A stretch of DNA of 64,000 bases, taken from NCBI GenBank assembly GCA_963827235.1, contig CAWHAE010000009.1, positions 768,001 to 832,000 on the forward strand. Direction: 5' to 3'. Every line of letters begins with the position of its first letter. Positions within the stretch are counted from its first letter, which is position 1. Shown piece after piece: positions 49,591-59,041 of this stretch. The notes under the pieces are model-generated. The model saw only the letters and a list, made by a program, of their open reading frames with translations. It was not told the DNA's origin and ran no database searches. The position numbers and the translations under genes were made by a program. The DNA is from an uncultured bacterium (GTDB lineage Bacteria > Chloroflexota > UBA5177 > JANWHV01).

Positions 49591-50874
49591 CTACACTCTA
49601 AACACCTTACGCACTCGTTCGATTCCGCGCGCCAGCGTGTCTATTTCCTCGATTGTATTGTAGAAATAGACGCTGGCTCTTGTCGTGGCACTGACGTCCA
49701 GCACGCGCATGAGCGGCTGGCAACAGTGGTGCCCGGCTCGTACGGCGATGTTGTCTTGATCGAGGACCGATGCCACGTCGTGCGGGTGCACGCCGCGAAC
49801 GGTGAACGAAACCACGCCGCCCCGCTCGGCGGCCGGCGGCCCGTACACGGTGACGTCCGGGATCGCGGCAAGCGTCCGCAGGAGGTATTCGGCGAGCACG
49901 TGCTCGTAGTCGCGCACCCGCTCCATATCCAGAGCGCTCAGGTAGCGCACGGCAGCGGCGAATCCCAGTGCTTCGGCGATGGCTGGCGTGCCCGCCTCGA
50001 ACCGTTGCGGAAGATCGGCATAGGTCGACGCTTCGAGCGTCACCTTCCGGATCATCGATCCGCCACCCATGAATGGCGGCATGGCGTCGAGCACCTCATA
50101 GCGTCCGTAGAGGGCGCCAATCCCCGTAGGCCCGAGCATCTTGTGCCCGGAGAAGGCCAGGAAATCGCAGTCCAGCGCCTGCACGTCGACCGGGAAGTGC
50201 GGTACGCTTTGCGCGGCATCCACCAGAACCAGCGCTCCGTGGGCATGGGCTCGGGCGGCGATCTCGGCTACCGGGTTGATCGTTCCCACCACGTTGCTCA
50301 TGTGGCTGATTGCCACCAGCTTGACGCCCTGCGCGAGCAACGCGTCGAGATTCGAGAGGTCCATGCGTCCCTGCCCGTCGAGCGGCAGTGCCAGCAGGCG
50401 TGCGCCCCGATCCTCGGCCAGTAGCTGCCAGGGCACCAGGTTGCTGTGATGCTCCATGGCGCTGGTGAGGATGGCGTCGCCGGGTCCGACGTGGTGCCGC
50501 CCCCAGGAGTGCGCGACCAGATTAATCGCCTCGGTCGTGTTGCGCACGAAGACCACGCTCTCGGCCACGGGGGCCCCGATGAAGCCGGCGACGGTCTTTC
50601 GCGCCTCTTCATAGGCCTCCGTGGCCCGCTCGCTGATCTCATACACGCCGCGGTGCACGTTAGCATTGAACGTGGCGTAGTAGCTCGACATGGTGTCGAT
50701 CACCACGCGCGGCTTCTGCGAGGTCGCGGCATTGTCCAGGTAGGTCAAAGGCTTGCCGTCCCGGCTGGTGGCAAGAATCGGGAAATCTGGCCGCACTACC
50801 GACGGATCCAGGGGACCGGACTCTGCCGGCGGCGAAGACGCGGTCTCGAGCCTTGCTCGATCGACGCTCAGCAC
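49591..50874 (-). CDS. sufS: Cysteine desulfurase
   Basis: YLDNAATSQKP, EHHSN, SGHKM.GPTG, RFEAGTP, R.GHHC; SD AAAGGAGG before GTG. Confidence 0.95.
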   Translation of the reverse strand: MLSVDRARLETASSPPAESGPLDPSVVRPDFPILATSRDGKPLTYLDNAATSQKPRVVIDTMSSYYATFNANVHRGVYEISERATEAYEEARKTVAGFIGAPVAESVVFVRNTTEAINLVAHSWGRHHVGPGDAILTSAMEHHSNLVPWQLLAEDRGARLLALPLDGQGRMDLSNLDALLAQGVKLVAISHMSNVVGTINPVAEIAARAHAHGALVLVDAAQSVPHFPVDVQALDCDFLAFSGHKMLGPTGIGALYGRYEVLDAMPPFMGGGSMIRKVTLEASTYADLPQRFEAGTPAIAEALGFAAAVRYLSALDMERVRDYEHVLAEYLLRTLAAIPDVTVYGPPAAERGGVVSFTVRGVHPHDVASVLDQDNIAVRAGHHCCQPLMRVLDVSATTRASVYFYNTIEEIDTLARGIERVRKVFRV

Positions 50875-50970
50875 CGTGGATCCTCCTTTCATGTGATTGC
50901 GCGTGCTGTTCCGGGTGGCAGGACCGTGCCCTCTGCGCTCCGTGAGCGCCGTCCTGTCCAAGCACCCGGT

Positions 50971-52305
50971 CTACCTTCTATCCGATGCGCCTGCTTCCAT
51001 CTTGGCATCGACCAGCGCCGAGAGGCGCTCGCGCACGTCTTCGAGCGGGATTCGCTCGATCAAGGGCGCCAGGAACCCGTTCACGATCAGACGCTCCGCT
51101 TCGCCGCGAGAGAGTCCGCGGCTCATCAGGTAGAACAGGTGATCCTCCGAGACCTTGCCCGCCGTCGCGCCGTGCGAGCAACGCACGTCGTTGGCAGCGA
51201 TCTCCAGGTTGGGGATAGAGTCCGCTCGCGCCGATGGGCTGAGTATCAGGTTGTTGTTCTTCTGGTAGGCGTCCGTCTTTTGCGCGCCTTCGTGCACACG
51301 GATGAGGCCCGAGTAGACGAGGCGAGAGCTGTCCTTGAGCACTCCTCGGAAAAGCAGGTTACTGGTGGCGTTGGGCGCGATGTGATCCTGGAGCGTGTGA
51401 TAGTCGACAAACTCGCTCCCGGAGAGGAAGTACAGGCCGAGGATCTCGCTCGTGGAACCCGGCTCCTGCATCTCGGTGTCGATATTGAGCTTCACCAGGC
51501 GGCCACCCATGGTCGCGGTGATCCAGGTGAGCGCGCTGTTCTTGTGCTGGTACGCTCGATGCACGCCGATTTGACGCACGCTGTCGTCCAGTTCCTGCAG
51601 AGTAACGAAGGTGAGCTTTGCTCCCTCGTGGAGAATGAGCTCGACGACCGGCACGCTCAGCGTGTCGTCGGCTCCGAGCGAGCCGGTTTCGTCGATAAAC
51701 GTCGCTTCGCTGTCGCGTCCCATCACCACGAGGGTGTGGGGGAAGGCACCGAGGCCGGGCTGATCCAGCCAGGTGCGGGCCTGCAGCGGCAGCTCGACTC
51801 TGACGCCGTCCGGCACGTAGACGAACGTGCCGCCGCTCCAGAGGGCGCCGTTCAAGGCGGCGAACTTGCTGAAGCCCGGCTTGACGGCAGCGGTCATGAA
51901 GGAAGAACGCACCAGGTCGCCGTGGTCGCGCACCGCCGTGTCCATGTCGGTCAGAATCACGCCTTTTGCCGCGCAGTCTGCCGAGAGTGTGCGCATGGCG
52001 GGAGTGGAAACATGGGAAACCAGAATGCCGGCGCGCGATTGCAGGGTGTGCTCGCTCGGCTGCCAGTCGTCCGGAAGCGGCACGGTGCCGTTAGGCTCGG
52101 GCATGCGCAGAGCGCCCATGTCGATGGCGCGAAGCTGCGGCTGCGTACGGCGCCACTCCTCGTCGGTGATTGCCGGCATTGGTGTCGCTTCGTACGTCTC
52201 CCAGGCGCCCTGGCGTAGATCGCGCATCCACCGGGGCTCGTCGTTACGCTGAGCGAGAGCCTGCACGGCCTCGCCAGAAAGGGTCGACGTCAACTCTACG
52301 GTCAT
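50971..52305 (-). CDS. sufD: Fe-S cluster assembly protein SufD
   Basis: E.WR.T, A..TDAYQ...NL.LS..ARA.S.PNLEI...DV.CSHGAT.G, FYL.SRG. Confidence 0.92.
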   Translation of the reverse strand: MTVELTSTLSGEAVQALAQRNDEPRWMRDLRQGAWETYEATPMPAITDEEWRRTQPQLRAIDMGALRMPEPNGTVPLPDDWQPSEHTLQSRAGILVSHVSTPAMRTLSADCAAKGVILTDMDTAVRDHGDLVRSSFMTAAVKPGFSKFAALNGALWSGGTFVYVPDGVRVELPLQARTWLDQPGLGAFPHTLVVMGRDSEATFIDETGSLGADDTLSVPVVELILHEGAKLTFVTLQELDDSVRQIGVHRAYQHKNSALTWITATMGGRLVKLNIDTEMQEPGSTSEILGLYFLSGSEFVDYHTLQDHIAPNATSNLLFRGVLKDSSRLVYSGLIRVHEGAQKTDAYQKNNNLILSPSARADSIPNLEIAANDVRCSHGATAGKVSEDHLFYLMSRGLSRGEAERLIVNGFLAPLIERIPLEDVRERLSALVDAKMEAGASDRR

Positions 52306-52306
52306 A

Positions 52307-53710
52307 CTAGCCGACACTACCTTCCATCTCCAGCTGGATCAGCCGGTTGAGCTCAACCGCGTACTCGAGCGGCAGCTCCTTGGCCACCGGCTCGATGAAT
52401 CCGCGCACGATCATGGCCGTCGCGTCCGCCGCGGAGAGCCCGCGGCTCTGCAAATAGAACAGCTGCTCCTCGCCGACTTTCGTGACGGTCGCCTCGTGTG
52501 CCGTCTCGACGTCATCCTCTTCGATCTCGATGTAGGGATAGGTATCCGTGCGGCTGCTCTCGTCGAGCAGCAGCGCGTCGCACACGACCGTCGATTTCGA
52601 GCCCTTCGAGCCCTTGTGCATCTTGAGCAGGCCGCGATAGCTGGCGCGACCGGTGCCCTTGCTGATCGACTTGGAGGTGATCACCGAGGACGTGTTGGGC
52701 GCCACGTGCACCACCTTGCCACCGGCGTCGAGGTGCTGCCCGTCCGTGGCGAAGGCAATGGAGAGCACTTCGCCGCGCGCGCCGGGCTCCATCAGCCAGA
52801 TGGCGGGGTACTTCATGGTCACCTTCGAGCCCAGGTTGCCGTCGACCCACTCCATCGTGGCGTCCCGGTAGGCCATGGCCCGCTTGGTGACCAGGTTGTA
52901 GACGTTCTTCGACCAGTTTTGAATCGTCGTGTAGCGGCAGCGGCCGCCTTTCTTCACGATGATCTCGACCACCGCCGAGTGCAGGGAATCCGAGCTGTAG
53001 GTCGGCGCCGTGCAGCCTTCGACGTAGTGCACGTAGGCGCCCTCGTCGACGATGATCAGCGTGCGCTCGAACTGTCCCATGTTCTCGGCGTTGATGCGGA
53101 AGTAGGCCTGCAGGGGCAGGTCGACGTGCACGCCCTTCGGCACGTAGATGAAGCTGCCGCCACTCCAGACCGCGCTGTTGAGCGCGGCGAACTTGTTGTC
53201 GTTTGGCGGGATGATGGTGCCGAAGTACTGCTTGAAGATCTCGGGCTGTTCCTTCAAGGCTACGCCCGTGTCGAGGAAGATCACGCCCTGTTTGGTGAGG
53301 TCTTCGCGCAGCTTGTGGTAAATGGTCTCCGACTCGTACTGGGCGCCCACGCCGGCGAGGAACTTCTTCTCCGCCTCGGGAATACCGAGCCGATCGAACG
53401 TGTTCTTGATACCCTCGGGCACTTCGTCCCAGTTGCGCCCGGCCCGCTCAGACGGCTTCACGTAGTAGAAGATGTTGCCGAAGTCGATGTCGGAGAGATC
53501 GGCGCCCCAGTTCGGCATGGGACGGCGGTTGAAGTACTCGAGGGCCTTGAGCCGGAACTTCAGCATCCATTCGGGCTCGTCCTTCATCTCGGAGATCTTG
53601 CGCACGACTTCGGGCGTCAGGCCGCGTCCGGACTTGAAGACGTAGTCCTCCGGGTCGCTGAAGCCGTACTGGTAGTCGGTATTGACCTGGTCGATCGTGT
53701 TTACTGCCAT
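52307..53710 (-). CDS. sufB: Fe-S cluster assembly protein SufB
   Basis: [60 protein letters not shown]. Confidence 0.96.
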   Translation of the reverse strand: MAVNTIDQVNTDYQYGFSDPEDYVFKSGRGLTPEVVRKISEMKDEPEWMLKFRLKALEYFNRRPMPNWGADLSDIDFGNIFYYVKPSERAGRNWDEVPEGIKNTFDRLGIPEAEKKFLAGVGAQYESETIYHKLREDLTKQGVIFLDTGVALKEQPEIFKQYFGTIIPPNDNKFAALNSAVWSGGSFIYVPKGVHVDLPLQAYFRINAENMGQFERTLIIVDEGAYVHYVEGCTAPTYSSDSLHSAVVEIIVKKGGRCRYTTIQNWSKNVYNLVTKRAMAYRDATMEWVDGNLGSKVTMKYPAIWLMEPGARGEVLSIAFATDGQHLDAGGKVVHVAPNTSSVITSKSISKGTGRASYRGLLKMHKGSKGSKSTVVCDALLLDESSRTDTYPYIEIEEDDVETAHEATVTKVGEEQLFYLQSRGLSAADATAMIVRGFIEPVAKELPLEYAVELNRLIQLEMEGSVG

Positions 53711-53711
53711 G

Positions 53712-54485
53712 TCAGGCCGCCTCTCCGCTCTCCCCATATTGCTGTTCCACCCACTCGTAGCCACGGCGCTCGAGGTCTTTGGCCAACTCCTTGTCGCCCG
53801 TGGTGACGATCTTGCCAGCGAGCATCACGTGCACGTAGTCCGGCACGATGTAGTCGAGCAAGCGCTGATAGTGGGTGATCACCAGCGTGCCAAGGTTGGG
53901 ACCGCGTTGCGCATTCACGCCATCGGAGACGATTCGCATGGCGTCGATGTCCAGACCCGAATCGGTCTCGTCGAGGACGGCGAACTTGGGTTGCAGCACG
54001 GCCATCTGCAGGATCTCGGCGCGCTTCTTCTCGCCGCCGGAGAAACCGTCGTTCAGGTACCGTTTGAGGAAGTCCTCATCCATCTTCAGCAGGGCCAGCT
54101 TCTCGATCAGGGCCTTGCGGAATTCGCGAACGGCAAGGGGCTTCCCGCCCGCGGGGGTGTGTACGGCGTTATAGGCCATGCGAAGGAAGTTGAACATCGG
54201 GACACCGGGCACCGAGCTCGGGTATTGGAAGGCCAGGAACAAGCCGCGTTTGGCCCGCTCATCCGGGCTGAGCCCCAGAATGCTCTCGCCGTCGACCAGC
54301 ACGTCGCCGCCGACGACCTCGTAGCTCGGGTGCCCCATGAGCGTGCTGGCCAGCGTGCTCTTGCCGGAGCCGTTCTTTCCCATCAGCGCGTGAGTCTCGC
54401 CTGTGCGCACCGTCAAGTTGATCCCTCTAAGAATCTCGTTTCCCTCGACGCTTACGCGCAGATCCTTGATTACCAGATTGCTCAT
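53712..54485 (-). CDS. sufC: Fe-S cluster assembly ATPase SufC
   Basis: [48 protein letters not shown]. Confidence 0.96.
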   Translation of the reverse strand: MSNLVIKDLRVSVEGNEILRGINLTVRTGETHALMGKNGSGKSTLASTLMGHPSYEVVGGDVLVDGESILGLSPDERAKRGLFLAFQYPSSVPGVPMFNFLRMAYNAVHTPAGGKPLAVREFRKALIEKLALLKMDEDFLKRYLNDGFSGGEKKRAEILQMAVLQPKFAVLDETDSGLDIDAMRIVSDGVNAQRGPNLGTLVITHYQRLLDYIVPDYVHVMLAGKIVTTGDKELAKDLERRGYEWVEQQYGESGEAA

Positions 54486-54525
54486 ACTTCCTAATCCATC
54501 CTCTCTCAGAGCGCGCGGAGCGTGG

Positions 54526-55044
54526 TTACCCGACGGTCGGGCCGGGCGAGACGGTCTTCTCGCCGTTGCCGGACCACGTTCCGGCAAGCATTGGTAGAGG
54601 GGTCACGTCTTTACGCAATCTCACGAACTGCACGTGCTCGGGCATCAGGTCGGCCAGGGTCGTGGTGTCCAGGGCCCCGGCTACCGCGTCGCGCACGCGC
54701 CGCCACAGCTCTTTGCTCCCGCACATGCTCTCGCGGCCGCACTGCATGGTGGCGCCGTCCATGGGAGCGCAGAGCATGGGAGCTATCGTCTCTTCCAGCA
54801 CGTCGATCACGTCGCTCATCACCACGTCCGACGGCGCACGGCTCAGCTCGTACCCACCATGCACGCCCTGGTGGCTGATCACGAGCCCGGCGCGGCGCAA
54901 TAAGGCCACTATTTGTTCCAGGTAGGGCAAGGGCATGCTCTGGTCGCGCGCGATCTCCGTGAGCGAGAGCGGCCCGAACCCGTAATGAACCGCAAGCTCG
55001 GTCATCACGCGCACACCGTATTCGCTGCGTTTAGAGAATTGCAT
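54526..55044 (-). CDS. Rrf2 family (IscR/SufR-like) transcriptional regulator
   Basis: YG.R.M..LA, YLEQ....L...GLV.S..G..GGY.L; three Cys (C-x9-C-x5-C). Confidence 0.92.
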   Translation of the reverse strand: MQFSKRSEYGVRVMTELAVHYGFGPLSLTEIARDQSMPLPYLEQIVALLRRAGLVISHQGVHGGYELSRAPSDVVMSDVIDVLEETIAPMLCAPMDGATMQCGRESMCGSKELWRRVRDAVAGALDTTTLADLMPEHVQFVRLRKDVTPLPMLAGTWSGNGEKTVSPGPTVG

Positions 55045-55059
55045 CTCATGCCTCGTGGA

Positions 55060-55116
55060 AAAACTCTTACTACATTACTCAGGTTTTATCGTAGCACTCG
55101 ATCAGGGGCACGTCAA
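55060..55116 (-). promoter_or_regulatory. suf operon promoter and IscR-like operator
   Basis: Minus strand TTGACG-17 bp-TACGAT (with TGn extension), followed by the imperfect inverted repeat AAAACCTGAGTAATGTAGTAAGAGTTTT (55087-55060). Confidence 0.65.
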
Positions 55117-55290
55117 ACTCCGATATGGCTAGTAGGGGTTCGACCGTCGTGACAGAAGATCCGCGCTTGAGGCCGCGGACTGATGGCAGCCGGTGGCGCG
55201 CCGCGGGGCCGGATTTGCACGACCTGCAGCGGCTGAGACCCCGGTCGGAAGCTCCGGAGTATGCTATGAGTATTGCCGAAGGGCCCTTCG

Positions 55291-58149
55291 ATGAGCGATC
55301 TGAGCTACGACGTCTTTCTCTCCTACAACAGCAAAGACCGCACCGCTGTGACGGAGATTGCCCACGCGTTGCGGCAAGATGGGGTGGAGCCGTGGCTGGA
55401 TCACTGGCGCCTGACTCCCGGCGGCGACTGGCAGTCGGAGCTGGTCGCCGGCATGCGCAGCAGCCGCGCCTGTGCCGTATTTGTCGGACCGCACAGCGTC
55501 GGTGCCTGGTCCGCCATGGAAGTCCGCCTGGCGCTCGATCGGACTGCCAAGGACCCGGCGTTTCGCTGTTTTCCCGTGTTGCTGCCCGGGGTGCCGGAGC
55601 CGTTCGACCCCGACCTGTTGCCGCCGTTCCTCGGCGTGTTCACCTGGGTCAACTTCACCGGCGGTACGCAGGATCCCGTTGCCCTCCAACACCTGATCAG
55701 TGCTATTCGCGGCTTGGCGTTCGGCGTATCGGCGCCGCCCAGTGTCGCGAGCGCTACGATACCCGACCGGACAGACATACCGCCGCCGCCGTCGCCCGCG
55801 ACCCCTCCTCCGTCCAATCTGCCAGCCGCGGTCACGAGCTTCGTGGGGCGCGAGCAGGAACGCGTCCAGCTGACGTCCTTGCTCGAGCGTGACCTGGAGG
55901 CGGGAGGCTGCCGCCTGCTGACCCTGGTGGGGCCTGGAGGATGCGGCAAGACGCGACTGGCGCTGGCCGCTGCCGAAGCCGTGCGCCCGCGCTTTGCCGA
56001 CGGCGTCTGGCTGGCAAGCCTGGCGGCAATCGGCGATCCCGCCCTGGTGCCCGCGGAGGTGGCGGGCATTCTCAGCCTGCACGAAGAGCCCGGGCGATCG
56101 GTGCAGGCGACGGTCGCCGACTACGTGAAGTCGAGGACGCTGCTGCTGGTGCTGGACAACTGTGAGCACCTCGTGGAGGCAGTCGCGCGGCTGGCGACCA
56201 CGCTGCTGCCTGCCGCCCCTCATCTGCGCATACTGGCGAGCAGCAGGGAGCCGCTGGGTGTCGCGGGCGAGCAGACATACCGAGTGCCGTCACTGCAGGC
56301 CCCGGAGGCGGGTGCCGGGTGCGGCGCCGAGGAAGCGGCCGATTATCCGGCGGTGCGGCTGTTCGTGGAGCGCGCTCGGGCGTCCAAGCACGACTTCGCG
56401 CTCACGGACCAGAACGCACCGGCAGTGGCGGCGATCTGCGCCCGGCTCGATGGCCTTCCTCTTGCACTGGAGCTCGCGGCAGCGCGATTGAGCGTCCTCT
56501 CACCGGAGGCGATCGCCGGACGCCTGAGCGATCGCTTCAAGCTGCTGACCGGCGGCCCGCGCACCGCGCTTCCCCGGCAGCAGACCCTGCGGGCCGCACT
56601 GGACTGGAGCTACGATCTGCTGGCCGAGCCCGAGCAGGCGCTGCTGCGCGGTCTGAGCGTATTTGCAGGCGGCTGCACGCTCGAGGCGGCCGAAACGGTC
56701 TGTGCCTCCGGCGTCGTGGAGATCTGGGAAGTGCTGGATCTGCTGACCGCACTCGTCAACAAGTCATTGCTGCAAGTGGTCGACGTCGTGGAGGAGCCGC
56801 GGTACCGCCTGCTGGAGACCGTGCGCCAGTATGCCGCCGACCGACGCCAGGTCGCCGGTGAGAGCACGGCGCAGCAGAATCGGCTGCTGGCCTGGTGCGT
56901 GGAGTTGGCGCGCCATGCCGAGCCGGCCCTGCGAGGACCGGAGCAGGTCCGCTGGCTGGCCCTCCTGGAGGTCGAGCTGGACAACGTGCGCGCCGCGCTG
57001 GCCTGGAGCATGGACGATGCGGCGCATGCTGGCGACGGTCTGAAGCTCGCCGGACTGCTGAGTGACTTCTGGCCGGTACACGGGCATTTCGGCGAGGGTA
57101 GGCGGTGGCTGGAGAAGGCACTGGCAATCTCTCCAGCATCCGAGGACGAGGCTCGCATCCGCGCCCAGGTGGCAGCCGGCAAGCTGGCACACAACATGGG
57201 AGATTACACGGACGCGCGTGCACACTACGAGGCCGCGCTGGCGTCACGGCGTCGCGGCGGCGACGAAGCGGGCGCGGCGGATACGCTACGCCGGCTGGGC
57301 AACGTGGCGATGAGGCAGAGCCGCTTCGCCGAGGCTGTGGCCTTCTACCGGCAGAGCCTCCAGATCTGCTCGGCTTTGGCAGATCGCTGGGGCGAGGCGG
57401 CAGCCCATAACAACCTCGGTATGGTGGCGGATACGAGCGGCGACCTCGCCGAAGCCGCGCAGCAGTATTCCGAGGCCTTGGCAGTGTTTCGAGCCGAGCA
57501 GGACCATTGGAGCACGGCCTCGGTGCTCAACAACCTGGGACTACTAGCGTACGAGCAGGGCGATTACGCTCGGGCGGCAGCATACCTCGACGAAGCACTG
57601 CGTATCCGGCGCGGCCTGGAAGACAAGCCGGGAATGGCAGAGACGATGGACAACCTGGCCCTCGCGGCGTTCGACGGAGGCGACGCCACCAGGGCACGGG
57701 CGCTGTACGAAGAGAGCCTCTCGCTGAGCAGGACAATGGGAAACAAGGCTATGGTGGCCCTGGCGTGCCAGAATCTTGCCGAGATATTGCAGGCGGAGGG
57801 CGACGGCACCGAAGCCTCTCGCTTACTCCTGGAAGCGCTCGCCCTGCGACAGGCTCTGGGCGACACGCTTGGCCTGGCCGCCGCGCTCGAGGGGGTGGCG
57901 ATGACTCTCGCCGTGGGCACCCGGCACGAGGCGGCGGTACGCCTGCTTGGCGCCGCTTCGTCGCTGCGCGCCGGGATAAGCACGCCCGTTGCATCTCCGC
58001 AGCGTGCCGCCTACGAGCATCTCGTGACCGAAGCACGATCGGTGCTTGGGGCCGAGCGTTACGACGCCGCTTGGGAGGCGGGTCGCACGCTCAGCAGCGA
58101 GCAGGCCGTCGCACTGGCGCGCCAAGAGATCTGGCTCCCGGACGGCTGA
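55291..58149 (+). CDS. TIR + STAND NTPase (NB-ARC-like) + TPR protein
   Basis: YDVFLSY...D.......L...G...WLD...PG..W...L......A.F.G......W...E (TIR with Glu at the catalytic position); GPGGCGKT; LVLDNCE; TPRs. Confidence 0.92.
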   Translation: MSDLSYDVFLSYNSKDRTAVTEIAHALRQDGVEPWLDHWRLTPGGDWQSELVAGMRSSRACAVFVGPHSVGAWSAMEVRLALDRTAKDPAFRCFPVLLPGVPEPFDPDLLPPFLGVFTWVNFTGGTQDPVALQHLISAIRGLAFGVSAPPSVASATIPDRTDIPPPPSPATPPPSNLPAAVTSFVGREQERVQLTSLLERDLEAGGCRLLTLVGPGGCGKTRLALAAAEAVRPRFADGVWLASLAAIGDPALVPAEVAGILSLHEEPGRSVQATVADYVKSRTLLLVLDNCEHLVEAVARLATTLLPAAPHLRILASSREPLGVAGEQTYRVPSLQAPEAGAGCGAEEAADYPAVRLFVERARASKHDFALTDQNAPAVAAICARLDGLPLALELAAARLSVLSPEAIAGRLSDRFKLLTGGPRTALPRQQTLRAALDWSYDLLAEPEQALLRGLSVFAGGCTLEAAETVCASGVVEIWEVLDLLTALVNKSLLQVVDVVEEPRYRLLETVRQYAADRRQVAGESTAQQNRLLAWCVELARHAEPALRGPEQVRWLALLEVELDNVRAALAWSMDDAAHAGDGLKLAGLLSDFWPVHGHFGEGRRWLEKALAISPASEDEARIRAQVAAGKLAHNMGDYTDARAHYEAALASRRRGGDEAGAADTLRRLGNVAMRQSRFAEAVAFYRQSLQICSALADRWGEAAAHNNLGMVADTSGDLAEAAQQYSEALAVFRAEQDHWSTASVLNNLGLLAYEQGDYARAAAYLDEALRIRRGLEDKPGMAETMDNLALAAFDGGDATRARALYEESLSLSRTMGNKAMVALACQNLAEILQAEGDGTEASRLLLEALALRQALGDTLGLAAALEGVAMTLAVGTRHEAAVRLLGAASSLRAGISTPVASPQRAAYEHLVTEARSVLGAERYDAAWEAGRTLSSEQAVALARQEIWLPDG

Positions 58150-58311
58150 TGCGCCGACTTCGTCAAACAGCGTGAGATCGGATCATACCGGCAAACTCGG
58201 CGTCACGCGCTGAAGGCTCATGCGTCGCCAAATAGGCCCAGGGGGAATGGCTTGCTTCAGACCGCGTGTGCGGCGGCCTGCACGCTGAGTCGCACACGGA
58301 CACAGGACCAC

Positions 58312-58342
58312 TTGCCATACAATCCTACTACTAGTAGGATTG
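58312..58342 (+). promoter_or_regulatory. TA operon promoter with perfect inverted-repeat operator (leaderless start)
   Basis: TTGCCA-17 bp-TAGGAT, ATG 6 nt downstream; CAATCCTACTA-c-TAGTAGGATTG at 58320-58342. Confidence 0.75.
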
Positions 58343-58346
58343 AGCC

Positions 58347-58568
58347 ATGAGGTATACCAAGATCTCGGTCACGCTCGCACCGGAAGTCGAGGCTGAGTTG
58401 CGCCGAGTCGCGGGCGCCCGCGGCATGTCGGCGTTCGTCAATGAGGCGGTCCGGCAGCGGCTCCAGGCTTCCCGGCTGCGCAACATGCTCGACGAGATGG
58501 CAGTGGAATCTGGCCCGATTCCCGAGGACGTACGTCGAGAGGTTGACGGCCTGATGTGGCCAGACTGA
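58347..58568 (+). CDS. Ribbon-helix-helix antitoxin (VapB-like)
   Basis: KISVTL...V..EL......RG.SAFVNEAV; overlaps the toxin start. Confidence 0.8.
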   Translation: MRYTKISVTLAPEVEAELRRVAGARGMSAFVNEAVRQRLQASRLRNMLDEMAVESGPIPEDVRREVDGLMWPD

Positions 58569-58945
58569 TTCTCGACAGCGGAGCCGTGTTTGCGCTCGCC
58601 GCCAACCAGCCACGAGCACGGCAGTTCGTAGAACGCGCCCTGCGCGAGCGCACACCGCTGATCATCCCGGCCGTTGTCCTCGCGGAGACCACTCGCGGCA
58701 GTGGCCGGGATGCGCGAGTCAACCGGGTGGTGAGGACAGTGCATGACATCACGCCTGTTACTGAGAACATCGCGCGCGAGGCAGGTCGCCTGCTTGCTGC
58801 CGCAAACGTCGGCAACGCTACCGTGGATGCGCTGATCGCGGCAGAGGCGGTGCTGCATGGGCCGGCAATCATCCTGACCGGCGATCCGGCCGACATCATT
58901 GCGCTTGTGGATGATCGTCCGCACGTTCGCGTCTATTCGATCTGA
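58556..58945 (+). CDS. PIN-domain toxin (VapC-like)
   Basis: LILDSG, V.AE, VDALIAA, ILTGD..D acidic tetrad. Confidence 0.85.
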   Translation: MARLILDSGAVFALAANQPRARQFVERALRERTPLIIPAVVLAETTRGSGRDARVNRVVRTVHDITPVTENIAREAGRLLAAANVGNATVDALIAAEAVLHGPAIILTGDPADIIALVDDRPHVRVYSI

Positions 58946-59041
58946 CCAACCAATCACGCAAGCTCGCCGCTGCCTTGGGCCGGCGCGAGGCGAATCCGTG
59001 ACCGTTACAGACGAGAGAAGTCTCGATCGTAGCCGCGGGGA

